Assembly: GCA_963803805.1 (NCBI GenBank)
Contig: CAWDOD010000010.1
Coordinates: 517,516-581,515 of the forward strand
Length of the DNA: 64,000 bases
Source of the DNA: an uncultured cyanobacterium
Lineage (GTDB): Bacteria; Cyanobacteriota; Cyanobacteriia; Cyanobacteriales; CAWCAG01
Direction: 5' to 3'
The translations under genes were made by a program, and so were the position numbers. The notes under the pieces are model-generated. The model saw nothing but the letters and a program-made list of their open reading frames with translations, did no database searches and was not told where the DNA came from. Positions 1-7,770 of the stretch are shown here, piece after piece. Every line of letters begins with the position of its first letter. The first letter of the stretch is position 1.

Positions 1-761
1 GCACTCTGATAACGTTCCTCCGCCCTCTTAGCTAGTAATTTCATGACAATATCTGCAATCCCCTGGGGAATCTCCCCGCCCCCTATTGCCATAGGCATTT
101 TAGCAATATGACAATGTACCAACTCTAAAAGATCTGTGTTAGAAAAAGGTGGCTTTTGAGTTAGTAATTCATAAAAAGTTGCCCCCAAAGAATAAAAATC
201 TGTGCGGTAATCTAGGGCGCAATTCATTCTTCCTGTTTGTTCCGGGGACATATAAGCCCAAGTACCTAAGATATCCTGGGGAGGAAGAGGAGAATTTTCA
301 TTAATACTAGCGATCCCAAAGTCAATAATCCTCACTTGTTTAGTGACAGGATCAATTACGATATTGGCAGGATTAATATCTTTATGAATAATCTTGCGGC
401 GATGAATTTCTCCCAAATTTCCAGCTATTTGAATAGCTATATTGAGAAATTCTTCTCCTCTTAAAGGTTTGTGGGCAATAAATTCTTGTAGTGATTCTCC
501 CCCAAAATCTTCAAAAACAATCACTAAAGTTCTTTGATAGCTTTCTAAGCCATAAACTTTAATTGCTCCAGGAAAGTCTAAGCGACAATTAATTTCATAC
601 TCTTGCTTATACCTATTTAATTGCTCTGGTGTAGGATAATCTTGATTAAGAACTTTAAGGACAACAGGTTGACTATTTTGGGTTTGGATGGCACGATAAA
701 CTAAAGAGCTTGAACTCTCAGAAATAAAGTCAACAATTTCATACCCAGACAAAGAAATCAT
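1..761 (-). CDS. Ser/Thr protein kinase, N-terminal part; runs off the window edge. Probably the kinase domain of a cyanobacterial STK-AAA-GAF-His kinase (HstK-like)
   Basis: Not in the ORF track. Manual translation from ATG at 761: MISLSGYEIVDFISESSSSLVYRA...VVLKVL...IIHKDINPANI...IIDFGIA...GTWAYMSPEQTGRMN...DFYSLG. Hanks kinase motifs; SPEQTGRMN is typical of this family. Confidence 0.9.
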   Translation of the reverse strand, partial: MISLSGYEIVDFISESSSSLVYRAIQTQNSQPVVLKVLNQDYPTPEQLNRYKQEYEINCRLDFPGAIKVYGLESYQRTLVIVFEDFGGESLQEFIAHKPLRGEEFLNIAIQIAGNLGEIHRRKIIHKDINPANIVIDPVTKQVRIIDFGIASINENSPLPPQDILGTWAYMSPEQTGRMNCALDYRTDFYSLGATFYELLTQKPPFSNTDLLELVHCHIAKMPMAIGGGEIPQGIADIVMKLLAKRAEERYQS

Positions 762-992
762 GAGAAGCAAATAGTACCTTTCAATTTCAATTTTGACCCA
801 GTTTCTTTTTATCTAGCTAGAGAAAAATGAATTTCTATCTTGTGGGTCTAGATTAAGTTTTTCGAGACTAATTTAGTAATATCGGGATTGTTTAAACTAT
901 TACCGCAAATATAATTGCTTGTTGAGGGTAGGGAATAGGCAGCACAAAAGAGCTACAGCTTATTTGGCTAGTTCAATAATATGTTATTGGTT

Positions 993-1088
993 TATAGCAA
1001 TTCTTGATAGCATGAGGTACAGTCTAGACTTTGGTTTTTTGCTAATAGCTAATGGAAATTTACTTCACCAAGCGTGGGAATCGCTATA
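993..1088. mobile_element. MITE-like short element with imperfect terminal inverted repeats
   Basis: Left end TATAGCAATTC...TGAGGTA; right end reverse-complement TATAGCGATTC...TGAAGTA; non-coding, 96 bp. Confidence 0.55.
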
Positions 1089-1139
1089 GTTGAATAATAA
1101 GTAACAAATATGAAAAGTTTCTCAGAGTAACTACTTGAT

Positions 1140-1367
1140 TTTGCGCGGCAGGGTAGGTCACAAAATGGCTGTTTGTTTAAAAATCCCTGAAAGCACCTGG
1201 GAGAAAGGCATAGAGCGATTTCTGTTCCCAGGAGTGCCGCGCGCCTTACACAGCAAGGGTTTCAGCGTTTTAGGGTTGTTTTCTAGAGGTGGTTATGATA
1301 AATTTATAGGGGTACAGCGCAAACGAACTTTGAAAACTAAATATACTAATGGTTTCAAGATGCCGCA
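1140..1367 (+). promoter_or_regulatory. CRISPR leader
   Basis: Non-coding region directly 5' of the first repeat; resembles cyanobacterial type I-D leaders (GCGCAAACGAAC-TTGAAAAC-like segment). Left boundary approximate. Confidence 0.65.
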
Positions 1368-1618
1368 GTTGCAACGTACAATAATCCCTATGAGGGATTG
1401 AAACAGCTTTAGGAAGAGAAACACCTCGCTCCCAGTCAGGTTGCAACGTACAATAATCCCTATGAGGGATTGAAACGAGAGCATGAATCAAGAGAACCGT
1501 TAGAGTATTGCGTTGCAACGTACAATAATCCCTATGAGGGATTGAAACTCTAAATTCTAAACTTACAACTCCAGGATAAATGTTGCAACGTACAATAATC
1601 CCTATGAGGGATTGAAAC
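1368..1618 (+). CRISPR. CRISPR array, 4 identical 37-bp repeats and 3 spacers (35, 35, 33 bp), type I-D-like repeat, orphan
   Basis: Repeat GTTGCAACGTACAATAATCCCTATGAGGGATTGAAAC at 1368, 1440, 1512, 1582; internal hairpin AATCCCT-ATG-AGGGATT; 3' ATTGAAAC handle. Confidence 0.97.
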
Positions 1619-1644
1619 TGTAAAGTAATTCAAGAAGAATATTT

Positions 1645-1742
1645 CCACTAGCAACTAGCCATTAGCAACTAGCCACTAGCCACTAGCCACTAGCCATTAG
1701 CAACTAGCAACTAGCAACTAGCAACTAGCCATTAGCAACTAG
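1645..1742. repeat. Short tandem heptamer repeat (STRR), C(C/A)A(C/T)TAG x14
   Basis: ccactag/caactag/ccattag units read directly. Confidence 0.92.
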
Positions 1743-1758
1743 TCAAAAAGAATAAATT

Positions 1759-2703
1759 TCAAAGTCCCACTTGTACACCAAAAGTCGAGAACTTAGTCAA
1801 CCAAAAATCCAGATTAGGATCGGCGATCGCCTCCTTCACTTCTTCTGTTACTCGCCAAGCTTCCTGTTCAGTTTCGCATAAAGCAAACACTGTCGGACCC
1901 GAACCTGACATCATTGTTCCCAATACTCCCGCTTTTTGAAAACCTTGCTTGAGTTTTTGAATTTGAGGATATTCTGGTAAAGCCACTTTTTCCAAATCGT
2001 TATGTAACAATTGACCAATTTGCGGGGAATTATCATGTACAATTGCTTGTACTAAAGAACCAGAATGAATCTCCATTGTCCGAGATTTAATGGTGGCAGG
2101 ATCTCTAACATAAGTACTGCCAAACTTTTGCCGATAGGTTTGATAAGCCCAGGGGGTAGAAATGCTGAGGTTGCGGTATTTAGCTAAGATAACAAACAGA
2201 GAATCTAGGCTTTTGAGATAATCTAATTGTTCTCCTCTACCTGTGGCGATCGCAGTTCCTCCGGCAATGCAAAAGGGAATATCAGAACCAATTTTAGCAG
2301 CTAAGGTTTGTAATTCTGGTTGGGTTAAGCCCAAATGCCACATAAGGTTAATACCAACTAACACTGCGGCAGCATTGCTAGAACCCCCAGCTAACCCTGC
2401 GGCAACGGGGATGCGTTTATCTATGGTAATTTCTAAACCACCATATTGAGCAAAGGAATTAGGAAATTCTTGAACCATTAACCTAGCTGCTTTGTAAGCT
2501 AGATTAGTTTCATCTAAAGGTACTTGGGGATCATCGCAGTGAATACGAATTTCTTCTGTACCGCTAGAGCGCAACTCCACTTGATCAGCTAATTCAATAC
2601 TCTGCAAAACCATGGCTAATTCATGATAACCATCGCTGCGATCGCCGATGATTTCTAAATAAAGATTAATTTTAGCCGGTGCAGTTAAAGAATAAGAACC
2701 CAT
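1759..2703 (-). CDS. ispE: 4-diphosphocytidyl-2-C-methyl-D-erythritol kinase
   Basis: APAKINLYL, GYHEL, IPVAAGLAGGSSNAAA, MMSGSGPTVF motifs. Confidence 0.97.
   Translation of the reverse strand: MGSYSLTAPAKINLYLEIIGDRSDGYHELAMVLQSIELADQVELRSSGTEEIRIHCDDPQVPLDETNLAYKAARLMVQEFPNSFAQYGGLEITIDKRIPVAAGLAGGSSNAAAVLVGINLMWHLGLTQPELQTLAAKIGSDIPFCIAGGTAIATGRGEQLDYLKSLDSLFVILAKYRNLSISTPWAYQTYRQKFGSTYVRDPATIKSRTMEIHSGSLVQAIVHDNSPQIGQLLHNDLEKVALPEYPQIQKLKQGFQKAGVLGTMMSGSGPTVFALCETEQEAWRVTEEVKEAIADPNLDFWLTKFSTFGVQVGL
1823..1830. repeat. HIP1 octamer GCGATCGC (one example; many copies across the window)
   Basis: Palindrome recurs frequently in core genes; hallmark of cyanobacterial genomes. Confidence 0.9.
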
Positions 2704-2750
2704 ATCAATTATCAGTTATCATTAAACATTTATCAACATACAAGAAAATG

Positions 2751-3170
2751 CTATGTTGTCCAATCTTCAAACGTTAAGCCAGGTACTCTTTCAAAATCAC
2801 GACTATTACGTGTGACTAAAATACCCTGAACAGAAATAACAACCGAAGCAATTCGTAAGTCTTGACTACCAACACGTATTTTTTGCTTAATTAATTATTG
2901 GTAGCAGTTATAAGCAGCTTGATAAAAATCAAGTAATTTAATTTCAGCAAAATACTTCAAAGTACCTGATAACCCTTGGTAAGCCCATATTATTTTATCA
3001 GAACCAGATCCTCTCCTTACAGCGTTAAGCCAACCCCGCATTTGTTCTTCTGCTGTGATAATTGTTGTGGCAATTTCTTCTGGTTTGGTTTGATTAATAC
3101 CCTTGCTGATCAGCGGATGTCCCTGTAGAAAAAGTGAAACATGGTCTGTATCGAGTACCCACAAACTCAC
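2751..3170 (-). pseudogene. vapC: VapC/PIN-domain toxin interrupted by in-frame TAA at 2895-2897
   Basis: N-terminus WVLDTDHVS; the frame continues past the stop as LIKQKIRVGSQDLRIASVVISVQGILVTRNSRDFERVPGLTFEDW to TAG at 2751-2753 (139 codons, typical VapC length). Confidence 0.88.
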
Positions 3171-3547
3171 TTTGCTGTCTCCTTGGCATCAGCTTGATAA
3201 TTATATCCTTCCCTTTCTATGTCAGTTTCTTGGCGATGGACTGCTATATCTGCTAATACTTCCTCAAACAAAGGATTATTTGCATAGATACCAGCAAACT
3301 GCATCCAAGGATGTTTATGATTAGGAGATTCAATCTCCAAAGAAATGATGTTTGCTTTAGCTAAACGATTGCTCAAAAGTTGGCGAACATTTGTAATAGC
3401 TTCTTCTTGGCTATTTCCTTCAACTTGGCAATTGGGAAAACCCAAAACTATAGCACGAAATACGTTTTGGTCTAGATTTTCCACCAAAATGTTGAAGGTT
3501 AGTTTATCTGTAATTTGTTTAGCTAGAGTCGGAGAATCTGTATACAT
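3167..3547 (-). CDS. HicB-like antitoxin
   Basis: A.VLGFPNCQVEGNSQEEAI resembles the HicB RNase-H-like fold; HPWMQFAG tail; 4-bp overlap with the toxin start. Confidence 0.7.
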   Translation of the reverse strand: MYTDSPTLAKQITDKLTFNILVENLDQNVFRAIVLGFPNCQVEGNSQEEAITNVRQLLSNRLAKANIISLEIESPNHKHPWMQFAGIYANNPLFEEVLADIAVHRQETDIEREGYNYQADAKETAK

Positions 3548-3627
3548 AATCGTCCATTTCGCCAAATTTAGAGGGTATCTATATTAATTATTATAATCGC
3601 CCTTCTAAGGGATTATTGCTATGCAAT

Positions 3628-4452
3628 TTATTCAGTCATTACTTTCAACTTATCACTTAAATTAATCCAGTCTTCTACACTCAAATCTTCGGCACGGGCT
3701 TGGGGATTTACTTGCAACTCTTCTAATACATTGCTGAGGCGATCGCTTTCTATAATTGATTTTAAATTATTCCGTAACATTTTACGCTTGCTAGCAAAGC
3801 CCATTTTCAATAATGTCTCTAGGTAACGGGGATGATTAGGGGATTTTTCTCTGGATTGGGGGCAAATTCTGACTACCGCAGACTCTACTTTTGGAGGGGG
3901 ATAAAAGGCTTTAGCAGGGACGGTACAAATTAATTCACAAGTAGCAAGATATTGTACCCGTACTGAAAGCAAACCGAAATTGCGGGAACCTGGATTGGCA
4001 CAGAGGCGTAGGGCAATCTCCCTTTGTACTAGCAAAACAATAGCCTCAAACGGTTCCGTTGCTGGTTGAGATATCGTTCCTAACAACTTAGTTAAAATTG
4101 GCCCAGTGATATTGTAAGGAATATTAGCAACCACTTTGTTGGGGTTGCGAAATTTAGGAAAAGCCGCTAAATTAGCAGCGATATCAAAAGAAAGTATATC
4201 CCCTTGTAAAAGTAGGAAATTTTCCCTTTCCCCCAAACTTTTAACCAATTTCTGACATAAATCTCGGTCAATTTCCACTGCTGCAACAGCTTCAACTTCC
4301 GGCAAGAGGCGGCGTGTCAAAACCCCCGTACCTGGTCCAATTTCTAAGAGGCGATCGCTCTTATTTAGCTGGGCGGCGACAACAATTTTGTTTAAGGCTT
4401 TCTCGCTACGGAGCCAATGTTGAGCATAGCGTTTTCGGGTTCGAGTAGCCAT
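3628..4452 (-). CDS. rsmA: 16S rRNA m6,2A dimethyltransferase
   Basis: QHWL, LEIGPGTG, VVANIPYNIT, AFYPPPKVES motifs. Confidence 0.97.
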   Translation of the reverse strand: MATRTRKRYAQHWLRSEKALNKIVVAAQLNKSDRLLEIGPGTGVLTRRLLPEVEAVAAVEIDRDLCQKLVKSLGERENFLLLQGDILSFDIAANLAAFPKFRNPNKVVANIPYNITGPILTKLLGTISQPATEPFEAIVLLVQREIALRLCANPGSRNFGLLSVRVQYLATCELICTVPAKAFYPPPKVESAVVRICPQSREKSPNHPRYLETLLKMGFASKRKMLRNNLKSIIESDRLSNVLEELQVNPQARAEDLSVEDWINLSDKLKVMTE

Positions 4453-4456
4453 AAAA

Positions 4457-4771
4457 TCAAGCTAACATTTGCCTAATTAAGCATACTAGAGTGATTACCC
4501 CTTCGCCAAACATTAATCCTGCGGGCATAAATTTCCTGGTTTTCTTTAGTCGTAGGGCAAAAACGATGAGCAACGCCACAGTGAGAATTAAAGCCAAAAT
4601 CAACCCAAAAGCTTGTCCTTGCAACATTAATATGCCAGCAATTATTAGCAAGATACCGCTAATTAGACCCGAAATCAAAGACATTTTACTTTGAACTTGT
4701 ACATAACCAATGATGCCCCCCACCAGGGAGAGGATACCATAGATAAATGTGGCGATAGTGGCGATAGTCAT
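4457..4771 (-). CDS. TMEM14-family small membrane protein
   Basis: YG.L..VGGIIGY...S..SLISG and KFMPAGL motifs; ATG at 4771 preferred over the ORF-track start at 4819. Confidence 0.85.
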   Translation of the reverse strand: MTIATIATFIYGILSLVGGIIGYVQVQSKMSLISGLISGILLIIAGILMLQGQAFGLILALILTVALLIVFALRLKKTRKFMPAGLMFGEGVITLVCLIRQMLA

Positions 4772-4865
4772 AAAAATAGTAGGACTAAGTAATGAAATAA
4801 GCAAAGCATTGCTCAACAATCTATTTCATAAAAGATGCTACTTGTCAATCTAAATTTTCTTGAAC

Positions 4866-5022
4866 AGGACTTACGCAAAGCCTCTATTAAACTTTACCCC
4901 TTACCCATCAATTTCCAATTGACAGACTACTATCCACTAGCCATTAGCCACTAGCTACTAGCCACTAGCAACTAGCAACTAGCCATAAATAATTTCCATT
5001 CTATATCTTTTGCGTCAGTCGT
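4866..5022. mobile_element. MITE-like dispersed repeat with AGGACTTACGCAAA termini enclosing an STRR (4934-4982, 7 heptamers)
   Basis: Left AGGACTTACGCAAA; right end reverse-complement ACGACTGACGCAAA (12/14 identical). Confidence 0.55.
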
Positions 5023-5668
5023 GATTATGAACCAGAACAAAAACCTCAAAAGCTATGCACCAGCAACTCAACGCAACCGCGAACCGATTTTGGCAGTACT
5101 TTCGCGGGTGCTACCTCCTAAAGGTACAGTTTTAGAAATTTCTAGTGGCACAGGAGAACACGCTGTCTTTTTTGCCCCTCGCCTACTCCCTCGTTATTGG
5201 TTGCCTAGTGATCCTAACCCTATGGCAAGAACAAGTATCCAAGCTTGGTGTGAAGATTCACCTGCGGATAATCTCCATTCTCCTCTTGATATTGATGTAC
5301 AAAAACCTCTGTGGGGGATTGAAAAGCAACCATTATTAACATTGCAAAATAATCCTATCACCGCGATCGTTAATATTAATATGATTCATATCGCACCTTG
5401 GTCAGCTTGTTTAGGCTTGATGGCTGGGGCTAAGGAGATTTTGCCTAGTGGAGGTATTCTTTATTTGTATGGCCCTTTTAAGCAAAATGGTCAACATACT
5501 GCACCGAGTAACCAAGACTTTGATCTTTCCTTGCGTCAACGCAATTCAGAGTGGGGTATACGGGATCTTGATGCTGTTATCGAGGTTGCGAAGAAATGTA
5601 ATTTCACTTTACAAGAAGTAGTTTCTATGCCTGCTAACAACCTTTCTGTGATCTTTAAAAGTTATTAA
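5021..5668 (+). CDS. DUF938-family SAM-dependent methyltransferase
   Basis: APATQRNREPIL, VLEISSGTGEH, INMIHIAPW, YGPF, MPANN motifs. Confidence 0.88.
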   Translation: MIMNQNKNLKSYAPATQRNREPILAVLSRVLPPKGTVLEISSGTGEHAVFFAPRLLPRYWLPSDPNPMARTSIQAWCEDSPADNLHSPLDIDVQKPLWGIEKQPLLTLQNNPITAIVNINMIHIAPWSACLGLMAGAKEILPSGGILYLYGPFKQNGQHTAPSNQDFDLSLRQRNSEWGIRDLDAVIEVAKKCNFTLQEVVSMPANNLSVIFKSY

Positions 5669-5686
5669 TAGCAAAAAACCTTAACA

Positions 5687-5758
<72 letters not shown>

Positions 5759-5805
5759 GTTATGCAACATTAAATAGATTAGCACAAATTGTCGAAAAAA
5801 ACTCT

Positions 5806-6354
5806 ATGCCTTCTGGCAAAACCCATGATCGCATAACTTTGTGGAGTTTACCCTGGGTAAGTGGGCTAACTTTATTGGTTACTCGCGACCCCAAGTTAAC
5901 TTTAATTGTGGCAGCCACTTTTCTGTTTAGCGGCTTAATGTTTGGTCCTGATTTAGATATTTATTCTGTTCAATACAAGCGTTGGGGCTGGTTACGCTGG
6001 ATTTGGCGACCTTATCAAAAAGTCCTTCGCCACCGTTCTAGTTTGTCCCATGGTTTGATTATTGGTACTAGCTTAAGATTAATTTATTTCTTTAGCATCT
6101 TGTCCTTGGTGGGAATACTGATAACAGTAATCGCCCAGCTAACTGGGGGTTTTACTCTTGACTGGCAAGAATTTGCTCAAAAAACCTTTGATTGGTTGCA
6201 TATCTATCCTGCTGAGGCGATCGCAGTTTTTCTTGGTTTAGAATTAGGAGCAATGAGCCATTCTTTCAGTGACTGGACTGGCTCTAGTTATAAACGCTGG
6301 CAAAAACGGCGCAAAAAAATCAATAAGAGTAAGTCTTCCCGAAGCAAGAAATAG
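5806..6354 (+). CDS. DUF2227-family putative metal-binding membrane protein
   Basis: MPSGKTHD, GPDLD, HRS.LSHG, SHS.SD motifs. Confidence 0.85.
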   Translation: MPSGKTHDRITLWSLPWVSGLTLLVTRDPKLTLIVAATFLFSGLMFGPDLDIYSVQYKRWGWLRWIWRPYQKVLRHRSSLSHGLIIGTSLRLIYFFSILSLVGILITVIAQLTGGFTLDWQEFAQKTFDWLHIYPAEAIAVFLGLELGAMSHSFSDWTGSSYKRWQKRRKKINKSKSSRSKK

Positions 6355-6401
6355 GGACTGAATTATAAAATCAATCATCCATAATAGCCCCAAGGTAATC
6401 A

Positions 6402-7235
6402 ATGTCCAGCACAGAGGAAAAGGCTCAAGTTGTTTCTCAAGCTACCTTAGAAGCGTTAGAAAGATTGATTGAAGTGGTTGCGAAGTTGCGATCGCCTCAA
6501 GGAGGCTGCCCCTGGGATTTGGCTCAAACACCAGAGACTCTCATCCCCTACGTTATTGAAGAAGCCTATGAGGTAGTTGATGCTATTCGCAGTGGTGATA
6601 GTAAGGCGATCGCCGAAGAATTAGGAGATTTACTGTTACAGGTAGTATTACAGTCGCAAATTGCTGGGGAGTACCAACAATTTAGCCTCGCTGAAGTAGC
6701 CCAAGGTATTACTGAAAAATTAATTCGCCGTCATCCCCATGTTTTTGCCAATGTTTCCGTTAGTAGCGCCGATGAGGTGCGTCGTAATTGGGAACAAATC
6801 AAAGCTGTAGAGAAGGGAGAAACTCCTGAAGAAGCCCAATTACTTAGTCGTAAATTAGCTAAATATTCTCGCAGTTTACCTCCTTTAACCGCAGGAATGA
6901 AAATTTCTCAAAAAGTTGCTCAGCAAGGATTTGAGTGGGAAAATGTTGAGGGAGTATGGGAAAAGTTTCAAGAAGAATTAGCAGAGTTTCGCGAAGCTCT
7001 ACAAGAAGAAGATATTGCCCAGCAAACAGCAGAATTTGGTGATATTCTCTTCACTTTGATTAATATTGCTCGCTGGTACAATATAGATCCCACAGAAGCG
7101 CTACAAAGTACTAATCAAAGGTTTAGTCAGCGTTTCGCCAAGATGGAAACTCTGGCTGGCAATTCCCTCACAGGATATGGCTTAAGTGAGTTAGAAGCCC
7201 TTTGGCAGCAAGCTAAAGCTGATGCGAGAGAATAG
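6402..7235 (+). CDS. mazG: Nucleoside triphosphate pyrophosphohydrolase
   Basis: LRSP.GGCPWD..QT, EEAYEV, EELGDLLLQ, KLIRRHPHVF; tandem MazG domains. Confidence 0.95.
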   Translation: MSSTEEKAQVVSQATLEALERLIEVVAKLRSPQGGCPWDLAQTPETLIPYVIEEAYEVVDAIRSGDSKAIAEELGDLLLQVVLQSQIAGEYQQFSLAEVAQGITEKLIRRHPHVFANVSVSSADEVRRNWEQIKAVEKGETPEEAQLLSRKLAKYSRSLPPLTAGMKISQKVAQQGFEWENVEGVWEKFQEELAEFREALQEEDIAQQTAEFGDILFTLINIARWYNIDPTEALQSTNQRFSQRFAKMETLAGNSLTGYGLSELEALWQQAKADARE

Positions 7236-7770
7236 GGAATAGGGAGCAATAGTAAAGAGATTGCGAAAAACCATCTTTCTATATAAGTGTTAGCTTACCT
7301 ATTACCCAATCTTGACAAGTTTAGCTGAAGAAAAACCTTATAAGTAACAAATAATGGGTAAATTATGCTCGATATCTGTAGTTTAAGATATAGTTTGAGT
7401 AGTAGAGGGTAAAATAATTAATTAAGCTTGACTAAGTTTCTTCTCAATCTACCAAAATTTCTTTTAACTAAATATTTTCTGCTTCAAGCCGTCACCAGGT
7501 TAGAAACTGTACCCCAAGCTAAAACTCCGACTCAAATAACTAACCAGGGCCGAACAACTTCTCAAAGGAATGCTTCTTGGGGTGCAGGAATATTGTGCTA
7601 TTAAAGAAGCCAATTCAGTTTCTATAGGTTACTTTGGAGTGAGTATTATCTTTTTTCTGAGCAGAGAATACTTTACTCAATTAACTTAAAACTTTTGAGT
7701 CCGGCAGATTTAAAAGTTTCAATTATAAAACATTATATTAAATATTTCTTTGACATCTACCAAAATAATA

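Noticed and set aside
1135..1518. Three short ORFs (88, 82 and 63 aa)
   Set aside because: They are translations of the CRISPR leader and repeats
1405..1581. Possible self-targeting of spacers within the window
   Set aside because: No match noticed by eye; an exhaustive search was not possible
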